Origin: Oopsacas minuta
Lineage: Eukaryota; Animalia; Porifera
NCBI GenBank assembly: GCA_024704765.1
Contig: JAKMXF010000088.1
Location: 62,001-126,000 of the forward strand
DNA: 64,000 bases
Reading direction: 5' to 3'
The position numbers and the translations under genes were made by a program. The notes beneath the pieces are model-generated. The model ran no database searches. It was given only the letters and a program-made list of their open reading frames with translations, and was not told the DNA's origin. Each line of letters begins with the position of its first letter. Positions within the stretch are counted from its first letter, which is position 1. Shown in pieces: positions 1-12,070 of this stretch.

Positions 1-2199
1 TCTGGTCCCTCAGCAAGTAAGCAATCTCCTGTAACATTCGAAGCCTCGATAGAAGATTTAGTGCAGGCCATTAGACTATCCATCTGTTCGGAGTGGGCAG
101 TAGTGCGAGCTTCTGCCCTTCAATGTCTCAGAGTGCTGTTGCGCACTCCCGGGGTTGAACAGGAAACTTATCGGCAGATCATGAACTTGGGGGTGGATGT
201 TCTTATCACACGCAGCCTTGATACAGGCATCCTGGAAGGGGGCTACGACATGGAGTTAGTGCAGGCATTACGACTGCTATATCTATTTGTTCAGAAACAT
301 ACCTCTGAAATATCTCGTCCACTACTTGCTGTTCTAGTCTCTATAGCTAGTTCAGCTACTGTTGATAATAAATTGTTTCGTACTTGTCTAGCAATGCTAG
401 GCCTATTGGCTGCTAAACAACCTCAACTTTTGCAAGAGACTGGAGGGATTCGTGCACTAGTGCAAGGTGTGCTAACTTGTTCAGACATGCATATGAATGA
501 AAGTTTAATCTCAGCAGTTATTAGTCTATTAAGTCACCCATCTACTCGGCTTGTTGTAAACCTATTGCACGAGCTTCAACCTCTACTTGCCCCATTCACC
601 GACCCACATTATATTCCACACTTTTTCGAGATCTCTCGGAAAGAAATACAATCGCCTGCTGATTTAGAGAGAGCCCATGAACAAGCTAGGATCCAGGCTG
701 TCAATGCTTGTGCGAGTGCTTTCACTTCACTCTTTCTCAGCTGGTCAGGCTTTTTCGCACTCACACATGATTTTGATTCTTCGTCTTTGAGATTCTTAGA
801 GGTCCTACCATTAGTTACACCCTTACAACAGCATGCTATGTTAGATGCTCTTTTCAGGATCCTTCTCATTGCCCCTCCCGCGTCTTCTAGCATTAACCAA
901 CTTTTTGATTCCCTCCCTTCAAATGGATCTGATAGACGAACTCGGTCCCTTGTTAGTCCTTTCAGCCAGGGATTGGCCTCATTATCTGAAGACTGGGTTA
1001 CTTATGAGTCAGAGAGAACAATGCCCAGTGTTTGTAAGAGCAGGACTGATTTGGCACTCTGTTATCGCGTGCTAATTATGTCAATTCTCATTGATAATCA
1101 AGTGTTAGTGAGGCTTTTAGAAACGTCAACTCGTTCACCAGAGCCTGTAATTGTCAAAGCTGTTATTCTAGCAAAAGAAATTCTACTTACATTACACAAA
1201 CTCTTTCCCTTCGGCCTTGATATAGCAGAATTGACTGACAGCTCTATTACTAATTTCCTTAATTCTGAAGCCAGACGTTCTCAATCTTGGAAAGCATCTA
1301 AAATAGATGTCCTCTTACAGAGGCTCTATGTATTAGAACGGGATTCTAACGAAGAGAAGTACAGTAGATTTCTCTTATTACTTGTTAAGCCTCCGAAACT
1401 AAACCTGCTCTCCAGTTTGGTCGCAAATAAGACTGAAGATTTGGGGATGCTAAATTGTATCGATGATATATCTGAAAGTATTTCCCTTGCTGGTTCACTA
1501 AACAATTATGCAACCTGGAATTGGGCTAAGATAAATTCTCTATTGGCCACAATACAACCTACTAATGCAGTTGTTCAAAAGCTAAAAGATTCGCAGCTAA
1601 TTAGGAGAATCCTAGAGTTCTATCTTCCTTCAAGTCAACTATTCTACAAATTACCTCTCAAAGCAGATTTTGATCATTACGTACAGGGTGGGCTTAATTT
1701 AATTACCTTTTTACTTAGCTCTGCTTGTGGTTCTCAACTTTTCCCTCTCTTGCACGAGATACTTGACAAACTGAGATTGTTCCTAGATGAGGAACAGAAT
1801 AAAAATAATATTTTAAAAGAACATTCGATGGCAAGTTCTTTAGCTCAAGCATACTTCCTATTCCTTGGACATATCGCTCATTTAGATTGGAAGATTCTTG
1901 TAGAATTTGGTTATCTTGGATTAATACTAGAATTATTTGTATGTCGTCCACCTAACAAAACTCTGATCAAACTTCTTTTACCCACTTTAGTTTTCTATGG
2001 AACATCTGCCTCCCTGTCATTCTCTTTGCTACAGGTGGCGGCCTTATCTAATGAGTGTCAAGATACCCGTGTGTTTTGTATTAAATTTTTACGGACTCTC
2101 CTGAGATGTCAGAAAAATAACTTCTCCTCTCAAGGAATTCATCTACTGGTATTATTAGCATATGATGAAAGTTCAATTGTTAGAGAGGAGGCTATCAAG
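1..2199 (+). CDS. RICTOR: RICTOR (mTORC2 subunit), large first visible exon, 5'-truncated by the window edge
   Basis: The frame is open from base 1 and encodes an ARM-like protein ending LLVLLAYDESSIVREEAIK at donor AAG|GTATGT (2200). It splices in phase 0 to VLDEACE at 13494, matching human RICTOR SSEALDILDEACED. Inferred exons: 1-2199, 13494-13808, 14908-15130, 15197-15957, 17498-17746, 23523-23720, 28282-28407. Confidence 0.9.
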
Positions 2200-2955
2200 G
2201 TATGTGTGCAATTTAGTTTTTTTCCCGGTTTCATATGTAGTCATGTAGACCAACAATAAAAGCCTATCGTCGGCGCTACACACAGTCATACAAATTGGGC
2301 TCGGTCTTCGTCGATTCCTCTTTCAAAATTCATTTTTAACAGAAATCTAATTACTAAATATTGGGATTTATCTTTTGTCCATTGTGGCATATTATTCAAT
2401 GTAATTGATATTTTATTTACAAAATAACTAAACTTAAGTTATTCCGTTAATTATGGACTGGAAACTACGATAATTTTCTGGGCCAGGAATAGATAAGAAG
2501 TGCATTGTTATTAATTCGAATCACAAATATCTCATTATACTAGCACGCATCATAGCCTATGGTAAGGGGTAGGAAGATTATAAATGGGGGAAGCGCCGTT
2601 TGAACTTTGTCCTCATAATGATTCCTTGATTATCAGAACATTCCACCTGGTCCCAGTTCCAATATAACTATGTATAGACAACCTCGATACTCAGGAAGGT
2701 AGATTATTCGAACGCTATTGACCAGTCCGAATGAGTTCGGATAATCGAGGTTGCATCATAATTAACAAGGTTGCAACCGAATAGTTCAATATTTGATGAC
2801 TCCAATATATTTACCAAATACAGGGTCACATCGGGACAAGGGCATTTTGACCCGATTAAGCAGAATAAAGGAATTGGCCCGATTAACCGGGCTTAATTAA
2901 CCCTATTTGTATTGTTCTGTTTCTGGCCAAGTTGCCCGATTCTATTAAGCGGAGC

Positions 2956-4171
2956 CATACCATTCTATACACTAAGGCACTGGTTCTCAACCTTTTTGGC
3001 CCATTTTCTGGGGTCCGCGGACCCTTGCCAATAAACATAACAAAAACATTTTAGGGCTGCGGACCCCAGGTTGAGAACCACTGCACTAAGGCAATGGTGC
3101 TGATTAATGGACTTGGACCAGGGATTGGGTAAGTCGGTTCTAAGGAAATAATGGGGATATTTTAGTTGCGATAAAATTTAAACGGTACATTTTGGCCCAA
3201 ATATATATATTATTGATATTTGACATTACTCACAATCTACATCTACAAACTATTTTCAGCCCAAAATGACCTCATCTGTTTGCTTAGTTAGCAAATATGT
3301 CAGAAAAATGGTCCTGTTTTGAAACTACGTAGAGACGAAATTAATACATTTACGGTTTCAAAATTTATAGCATAGAATCTAAGGCTGTTGCTGTACAAAA
3401 TATCAAAATTTTGTCATTATAGAGTTCGCGTGTTCCAGAGTTATCGTAGTCACCATGGGTGGCATATTTGGCCCAATATTCATCCATAATTTGACATCCT
3501 TCAATGTTACGGCCAAACTTACTTACACACATATAATATATACTCTACTTCCCATACCCTAATAATACATTTTGGTATGATATCTCCAAAGGATATTGCG
3601 CAGTCATCATTAATACCATATATGGTCATTTTCAAGATAGCTTCATAATCATCAGAGATATCATATCAAAATGTATTATTAGGGTATGGGAAGTAGAGTA
3701 TATATTATATGTGTGTAAGTAAGTTTGGCCGTAACATTGAAGGATGTCAAATTATGGATGAATATTGGGCCAAATATGCCACCCATGGTGACTACGATAA
3801 CTCTGGAACACGCGAACTCTATAATGACAAAATTTTGATATTTTGTACAGCAACAGCCTTAGATTCTATGCTATAAATTTTGAAACCGTAAATGTATTAA
3901 TTTCGTCTCTACGTAGTTTCAAAACAGGACCATTTTTCTGACATATTTGCTAACTAAGCAAACAGATGAGGTCATTTTGGGCTGAAAATAGTTTGTAGAT
4001 GTAGATTGTGAGTAATGTCAAATATCAATAATATATATATTTGGGCCAAAATGTACCGTTTAAATTTTATCGCAACTAAAATATCCCCATTATTTCCTTA
4101 GAACCGACTTACCCAATCCCTGGTCCAAGTCCATTAATCAGCACCATTGCCTTAGTGTATAGAATGCTATG
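2956..4171. mobile_element. foldback/long-TIR non-autonomous element (P-like termini), near-perfect palindrome
   Basis: Arms are 2956-3586 and 3656-4171 (about 516 bp each once the MITE is removed), with a 69-bp loop. Termini are CATACCATTC / CATAGCATTC, flanked by the direct repeat GCGGAGC (2949-2955, 4172-4178). Confidence 0.8.
2978..3083. mobile_element. 106-bp hAT MITE
   Basis: TIR CA(C/G)TGGTTCTCAACCT with a perfect 8-bp TSD CACTAAGG (2970-2977, 3084-3091). Confidence 0.9.
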
Positions 4172-5170
4172 GCGGAGCCTACATTAATTCAGCATTTGGT
4201 TGGCTCCCGATTATCAATATTCAGTATTCCAATATATTTTCTGAAACCGAATACCGCAGTGCAACCTCGATTTGGCGATTTCCAATTATCCGAACCTACC
4301 CCATAATCCTAGTTTCTACACCACTATGTATGAACTTATACTACCTCGATCTTCCGAATTTTATAATATCTAAGTGCATTGACGCATTGACCAAACTTGC
4401 CAACTGTCCTGTTTTGCCAGGACGTTCGCCTTTCGGATATGTGTTGACTGTTGAGGCTGATGTCACTGCAAAAATGCCCAAAACCTTAATTTTCCCGCTT
4501 TTTTGTAGGCCAGTCTAATGCAATTATGCTACGTACCTTCCGTCTTGTTTTTTGTTGGAAAGTATGACAAAACGAATAATTATTGAAATGAACGAATATT
4601 CGTTCATGTATTTCGAACGAACATTCGGTATATTCTATTCAGTCCTATTTGAAACCATGTAGAACGTTAATTATTGATCTATGTTCAAAGTGTTGAAATA
4701 CCAAATGATCTAAAACCGTTTCTGTACAAAATATAAAAGATTTGGCATTACCAAGTTTGCAAGTTTCTGAGTTATAGCACAGACCATGGATGTCACATGT
4801 TTTGTTAATTTCCCCTTATAACTCGATAATCGTTGCAATTATGGTTAAATTAGGATAGCCAATATTGTATATACTATAAACCGGATATTTTACGCAGATA
4901 ACGAAAATAACTATAACATTGTGATCGGACTTCAATCATACTAGCGCGCTTCGTTTGCTAGGTAACTGCGGGACAGCTAAGTGCCTCAGGTTAGCTTAAG
5001 TAGTAAATAGCTAATTTCTTTATGGTTTGGGTCCTTACGTAACCGGGTATTATATCAGCACTACATGCCTCGAGGGTAAATTTTTTATTATCCATTGTCC
5101 ATCCAAATTCCATTTAATGGCCTTCTATGGTAATGCTGGAACTTCTACCTGACTTTTTAGTAATCTAGGC

Positions 5171-7454
5171 CAGGGGTCTTCAACCTGCGGCTCGCGGGAT
5201 AATTCTTGTTTTTGTTTATTTTGTCTTCACTTTGTTAATTTTGAAATTTGTTGTATTTTATTCAACAGATATTGTGAATATACTTAAATATTAGCACTAT
5301 TTTGTTTCTCAATTCTGGAAACTTTGATGGTGTTTAAAGTATATAGAAGACCTTTGTTGTCTTCAGTAATTAATTTAAGCCTTCAGTCAATATTCAAATA
5401 CAAACAAAAGTATAAATCAGAAGTATTTGACAATATACAATTTCATTTTCGGATTTCAAATACTCTCCAAATACACATTTTTTATTATTCATTAATTATT
5501 TACGTATCCACTATGGCTACTTCTACGTCGAAAAAGCGGAAGATACAAGAAGAAAATCGGTCATTCAAGATAGAATGGGAAATAAAGTATTTTTCGTGGA
5601 GGACAGTGGCAAGTTCATTTGCCTAATATGCCGTGAAACAATAGCTTCCGCTAAAAAAAGGAAACTTTGAAAGGCATTACAATACCAAACACCAATCAAA
5701 TTTTGTGGGAATTCTTGGGGAATCACGAAAGACTAAACTAGACAATCTTAAAAGAAACTTGAAGAGTGAACAATCAATCTTTTCAAAAAATGATAATTCG
5801 GTTAAGTCTATCACAGCAGTTAGCTTTGCTATCAGTAATATAATCGCGAAACGTATGAAACCATTTACGGATGGTGAATTTATAAAGGAATGCCTAAATG
5901 AATTCGCTGATCAATGTTGTCCAGACAAAAAACAACTAATACAGCAGGTATCCTTGAGCGCTATGACAGTAATGCGTCGAGTGGAATCAATTTCAAAAAA
6001 TATTCATACACAACTATTGGAAAATACAAGTTGTTTTAGTTTCTGTAGCTTGGCACTTGATGGAAGTAAAGATATTTGTGATGTTGAGCAATTGGCAATC
6101 TGGATAAGAGGCGTTGATGAAAACTTCAACATTACCGAGGAATTACTGTCTCTGCGTTCTATGCATGGAAGGACTCGTGGCATTGATATTTTCGAAGAGT
6201 TTCTTAAGATTGTGTCGGAAAACACCATTCCTGCCTTAAAGTTATCTGGCATTTCAACAGATGGAGCTCCATCAATGCTTGGTACAGGTACAGGGTTTAA
6301 AGGTCAAGTTCTACGATGGTTGACAGAAAATAATGTGACAGAAATATCATGGTGTCACTGTATTATTCATCAAGAGGTCCTATGTGCGAAAACACTTGGA
6401 CTGGAAAATGTTATGAAGTTGATAGTAGACGTTGTGAATTTTATCAGATCTAAAGGAGTGAATCATAGAGAATTTAAAGAATTTTTGAAAGATCTCGATT
6501 CAGATTACAGAGATGTATTATATTTTACAAGTGTTAGGTGGTTGAGTAGAGGAGTAGTTCTTAAAAGAGTTTGGGAATAGCGAGATGAAATATCAAGTTT
6601 CTTAGCCTCAAAGGGCAAGAAAGTTCCTGAATTCGAAGATACAAATTGGATTAGCGACTTTGCCTTCCTTCTAGATATGACTACACACCTAAATATTCTA
6701 AATTCCACACTTCAGGGAAAGAACAAGTTGATTCATGAACTTTATGCCACAATTCGAAGTTTTGAGATGAAACTCGCTCTATTTAAGTTACAGCTTAAAA
6801 ATAACAATTTTTCTCATTTTCCAGCACTAAAGTCACAAGATAGCCGATGGAAACAAATATGCCGAAATTATTTCAAATCTCCAAGAAAACTTTGATACTC
6901 GATTTGGAGATTTAGAAATCAACAACAAAGTTTCGAGATTTTTGCACAGCCTTTCAGTTTTGATCCGCAATATGCTCCACAGGAGCTTCAACTTGAACTC
7001 ACAGACCTGCAGTCTAGCATAGATCTCAAGGCAGACTTCAAGGGTGTTGGAGTAATTAGTTTCTATAAAACTCTTCCTTCAGATATCTATCCTGCTATTT
7101 TAAAACACACAAGAAGGATAGCTAGTTTATTTGGAAGCACTTACACTTGCGAGGCATTTTTCTCTAAAATGAAATATATCAAGAACAAATATAGAACTAA
7201 TTTGACTGATGACCACCTCCAAGACGTTCTTCGTATTTCATCGACTGATATGAAACCTAATATAGATGGCATCTTAATATAACAACAAAAACAGTACCAA
7301 CCTTCACATTAATGTTTTACTCTGATAAATTACTCATAATAATACAGTACTATATTAATATATAGAATACATGATCCTTAACTTTTAATGCGGCTCGCCA
7401 ATCTAATACGAAACTAATATTTGGCTCATAGAAGAAAAAGGTTGAAGACCTCTG
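5171..7454 (+). mobile_element. full-length but inactivated hAT (Buster/SPIN-like) DNA transposon
   Basis: TIRs CAGGGGTCTTCAACCT / CAGAGGTCTTCAACCT. The transposase starts at ATG 5512 (BED finger CLICRE..RHYNTKH) and contains LALDGSKD, STDGAPSM, HCIIHQEVLC, VRWLSRG and FGSTYTCEAFFS. It has frameshifts near 5590 and 5665, a stop at 6578 and further shifts near 6840-6890. Both flanks fit nnnTAnnn but match only 5/8. Confidence 0.9.
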
Positions 7455-9330
7455 GTCTACGTATTAACGAGGTTCTACTGTATGTGTGTACATAATTTAT
7501 TTCATCATGCAACTTTTACAAACGTCTAAAGTTTCATTAAATGTATGTACAAATCTACTTTTAACTGCACAACTGGATATAAAATTAATTCGGAATTGTA
7601 TCATACTTCCCTACAGCAACAATATAACGTTTACAAACATTTACCTCCCCATTCATACTGGGGTATTGATTTGATTAGTCCCTTGAGTATATTTGAAATA
7701 ATACAAAAAGATCAAAATTTCACAAGAGTTTCATAATGCTCGAAGCACAAAGTTCCTAGATTAGTAACCAAAATCCACTAATCACCCCCAGTATGAAGGC
7801 CATTAAATGATATTTGATGGACCATGGATAATATAAAATTAAAATTTCTGCTATTTATACACTCGAGGAACGAAGTGTATATCCATCGCGTAGCGAGCAA
7901 AAGTACTAAGAAAATTAGCTGTTAAATCATTAAGCTAACCTGAGGCACTAAGCTGTCGCATAGCGACCTATCAAGCAAACCCGCGCGCTAGTAGTTAATT
8001 AATTATCTACAGAAGACATGTTATCCAACTATTGTAATTTTGTAATGACGTAATCTGTTTTGTTAAAAGGGAAATATATTGTTAAAATGCTACCATTTTG
8101 TAAGCTCTGATAAACGATCACTAGTGCGTCTTCGATTCCAGAATTCATCTCAATGACCCAAGAATGTTTACACATAAAATGCATAAAAAATTTTGTGAAA
8201 TAAAGCTGTCACCTAATTGAGTTCTATTAGATACCAGGATGGCACTTATTTCTTAAAATTCCCTAATAACTCTATAGTCGCTTAATTTATTATCAAATAA
8301 GCCCAACCTATTGTGCTAATTTCCCAACTTCCGATGCCCTTGTGATACATTTTGATACGATACCTCTAATCGGTGTGATGCAATTGCGAATATTCCCATA
8401 ATTGGTCATTCTCAAGATTACGCAATAGTGCTTCAACTTTAATTATTCAATTTATTTTTCACACTTATAGATGAATCATTCCAAGAGCTATTAGATGAAA
8501 CACCGAGGAGGTAGTTTCCCCCTCTGCCTCAGTGGTAGTCACACCAGCGTTGTGGATTTAATGTATTTTTCATTCAAATCAAATCATTTTAATTCAAAGA
8601 AATCATTTAATCCAAACCAAATCCCATCTTATACAGGCCGGTGTCATTTGTAATCGTCCTCCTATTTATAAACAGTTAGAGTCCTCTGAGTTTCAGCATA
8701 GAAGTCATAATCACAGTCATATTTGAATCCAATTAATTGCAATATAACTTAGATTGGGGAAGAATACTATGTAGTATTCCTCTCATGGTGTAAATTATCA
8801 TGCATTGTAAAGTTCCCCTATTCAAAATTTTGTTACCAATTCGTTGATAATTCTTACTAATGGTTGTTTTGTGTGTATTTTTGCTAATTACTGATGATTA
8901 TAGCCTTCATTTCCTAATAGTTGTAAATATTTCTACTTGATATTTTATGGATTTGATTATAATTCCTTAGAGGATGGTTTGTCGTATTTTTGTGATTTAT
9001 TCCTGTCCTTGGATTTTTTCACGAGATCTGCAGGATGAGTGCTTCTCTTGATCTCTATTCTAATTAGATACAGATTTAATAGCTATTTAGCACTATTGAA
9101 CACCCAATCGGTCTAATAGGCGGTCAGCCATGATATCCCTCCAAATCTAATCAAATCAAATCATTTTACCAGTTAAAGTATCAGATCAAATCATTTTCAA
9201 ATGGTTTGACGAATCAACAAAGTCTGGTCCACCCAAATAAGGAGCTGAATTTCAGACAACGTAGTTATAATTATAACTGTATATCATCGGTATTTTGGAC
9301 AAATTTGGCTTTAATTAATTATTATAAGTA

Positions 9331-9566
9331 CCTTAGTCTGGGGCTACTTTGGCCCACTGGGTTTGCTTTAGCCCAAATATCAAAGTTTCAAAGCAACTAG
9401 ATTAGATTCAGTATTATACTTGAATATGACTTACCAAATTTTTAACGAATTTTCAAATATTGGTAGACAATTTCGAATACAAATACAATAACTATTCGAT
9501 ACGTAAGGAAATTTCAATATTTGGGCTAAAGCAAACCCAGTGGGCCAAAATAGCCCCAGTTTACGG
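9331..9566. mobile_element. Tc1/pogo-type MITE
   Basis: Inverted repeats of about 50 bp (CTGGGGCTA(C/T)TTTGGCCCACTGGGTTTGCTTTAGCCCAAATAT), with TA on both sides. Confidence 0.7.
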
Positions 9567-10644
9567 TATATAATTAATGTTATTTAATAGATGAACCTAA
9601 GATTTCCTGAATTACGCACAAGATATGGAATATTTTGTAATACAGTAAACATTGGATTTAACGATAAATCGCTTATGACGACCTTTGTAGCCTAAAGGAG
9701 GGTCGTGAAAATATATACATATATGTACAACTATTAATGTTTCTATATACTTATTCGTTAGTCCATATCTTTTGGGCTAATTAGAATTTCTGGAATTTCT
9801 GGCGAGGTTGGATTTGATGTTACTGTTGTATGAAATTCTGAATCCCCGTGAAAGATTGAATCTCGTGAGAAATCGATATGTATCTTATATCTATTTAATA
9901 TATCTAGTTAATATATATATAATTTTTATATTTTATAATAATTAAAATTAGGGCTGTATCAACCTAAATTGATTAATTCATGAATTATTCAACAATATTT
10001 TGTTTTTCCAGGATTTTCCCAAAATATCCTGTTTATTGAGAAATCTGGGTTTAAACCACTAAAACTTTGATCAATATGTTAAGATTATGAGTAATATAGG
10101 ATCAAGTGACACTACTATTTGGATTTTTTCTGTACTCTACAAATATTGTGATATACATTTATGTAGTTATCCGAATACAGTCAAAACTGTGTTTCCTTAC
10201 CATCGCTTTTTCTTACTTTATTTCCGTACAAAGAAATAGTAAGAAAAACAGTTTCAACAGTAATTCATTTGAATAATTCATAATTCATGGCCAATTTTGC
10301 ATGAATTTGTCAACTTTGTTATCATCTCATTTTGAGTTGGAAAAATTACCTCATTTTCTTGAATTAGTTGAATGAGTTTGTAATGGCAACAACATAAATG
10401 AGTTGAATGAATTGGAAGAGCGGTGAATGAGTTGATAGAACCACTTATTACTTTAAATGAGTTTATGAGTATAGTAGAGGTCACAAGTTCCACCCGAGCC
10501 CGGGTCACGTTTGGACTCGGGCTGAGTTTGAGCGTCTGGCCTCAGGCCTATACTTTAGGGTTCGAATAAACCTACCATTGAATCTTTAAATTATTTCCTT
10601 TCCTTTCTTATATTTTAGTGCAGCTCCTATAGGCAGATGCTCTA

Positions 10645-11447
10645 CACAGTGTGGAACTATGCGGTAATAGGTGAAAATTTGACTTCGCTATTTATCAAAA
10701 TTTATGTGTGCATTCGATTTTGCACTATCTCAAACCTAGAAATATGCTATTATTTGTTACTTAATGAACTTATAACATGTCTAACCAAAGTCTCAAACTT
10801 AGGCTAAAATTTGAAATTTGAAAACCTGAAAACCACAATATTTATTCTTCAAATACCCTTGCGATATTTCAGCATTCCAGAATTTTTAGTAATTCAATGG
10901 CATTTATCAGTATTCGTATGCATTTAGTGATTAATTTTAATTAGTTTGCAAAACAAATTAAATATTTATTTTTCATTCTCAAGCATTTTAGCCGTCTATT
11001 TTTATCCATATTTCAGCTCCTTAACCTAACTTTTTAGGTCCCCGATCTTACAATGCAAACAATTGCGAGTTGAATAGTTGACAATTTCGCATAGTATATC
11101 TTTCTAAATTTCATTTTCAATAATTTCTAGACCCGCCCAAAGTCGCCCACTTATATCCAATGCATTACTGAATTCAGTATACACATTGTTATTCAAGTTT
11201 ATCAATTAATAGGGCTGGCTCGTATAAAACACTCACAAATTTGGAGTTCATTTACTCTTGAACCATAATTAATAATTCTAGCAAAATACCACAGATTACG
11301 TCATATCCCATTTCCAGAAGTGCAACTAATAATCTGGTGCCATTTTTTATATCTACACTGTCGATTTACTATATTTGACAACATTTTAACATATATCTTC
11401 AGTGTAAGTACCTATTACCCCATAATCGCCATTTTTGTAACACTGTG
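10645..11447 (+). mobile_element. non-autonomous Transib/RAG-like element, copy 1 (803 bp)
   Basis: Starts CACAGTG and ends CACTGTG, with a perfect 5-bp TSD CTCTA (10640-10644, 11448-11452). The TIRs share TATG(C/G)GGTAATAGGT at unequal distances from the ends. No ORF. Confidence 0.9.
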
Positions 11448-11452
11448 CTCTA

Positions 11453-12070
11453 ATGGCATGGACTATGTGCGACGTCCGTTCATCCGTCCGTCAGAGTGGC
11501 AATGCGAAGCAGTCCAAAAAAATTGTACACAAATACATTTTGGGTCGGAGATTTGGTTTTAACATATTGTCTGGGGTAATCGGGTGCGTAGAGTCCGATT
11601 TTGAGATTTTCAGAGTCTGAAAGTTATAACTTTACAGATTTATCATATGAGTAATCATATTTTCGTACCTTTTGCTAATATTTCAAAATGATCCTGGAGA
11701 TGTCGTTTTAACTGCTAGTTAGGGGTAATCATGTATGTAGATTCCAATTTTGACACTTTCAAATTTATATAAACACGATTTATCATATGATTAATCATAT
11801 TTCACATTGTTTTGCATATAATTCAAAAGGATGCTAGCGATTTCCTTGTACTGCCAGCCAGGAATAATCGAGTATGTAGATATCAATTTTGACAAATTCA
11901 AATCTATATCTACATGATTTATCATATGATTAATATATTTTCACACCTTATTCACATATTTCAAACTGATGCTAGTGATTTCGTTTCAAATGTTAGGCAG
12001 AGGGAATTGTGAATTTTATGCTTTAATCCACTTTTGAACATCAACAAAGCCTTCGCCGGCACAATGATGT
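11453..12070 (+). repeat. DINE-1/Helentron-like repeat body with a (GTCC)-type tract and about 139-bp tandem units
   Basis: CGTCCGTTCATCCGTCCGTC near 11472. GATTTATCATATGA recurs at about 11637, 11777 and 11915. The head TTTTAGTGCAGCTCCT is at 10613, with a paralogue at about 31995. Confidence 0.55.

Noticed and set aside
609-1951. Short overlapping or antisense ORFs within RICTOR (and similar ones within the hAT, mariner, piggyBac, meckelin and NHL genes)
   Set aside because: They are shadow frames of real coding sequence with no independent motifs.
2200-2259. C-terminus of the 732-aa ORF as the true protein end
   Set aside because: It is intron read-through; homology continues in phase at 13494.
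10488-10545. tRNA/SINE-like hairpin (GAGGTCACAAGTTCCACCCGAG...CTCGGG)
   Set aside because: There is no cloverleaf or A box and only a loose B-box resemblance.
11431-11438. ACAAAAAT in the right TIR as a canonical RSS nonamer
   Set aside because: It lies only 2 bp from the heptamer, is absent from the left end and differs in copy 2, so it is treated as spacer sequence.
11560-11990. Regularly spaced repeats as a CRISPR array
   Set aside because: The units are about 139-bp whole-unit tandem duplicates with no unique spacers, no cas genes are present, and the context is eukaryotic.
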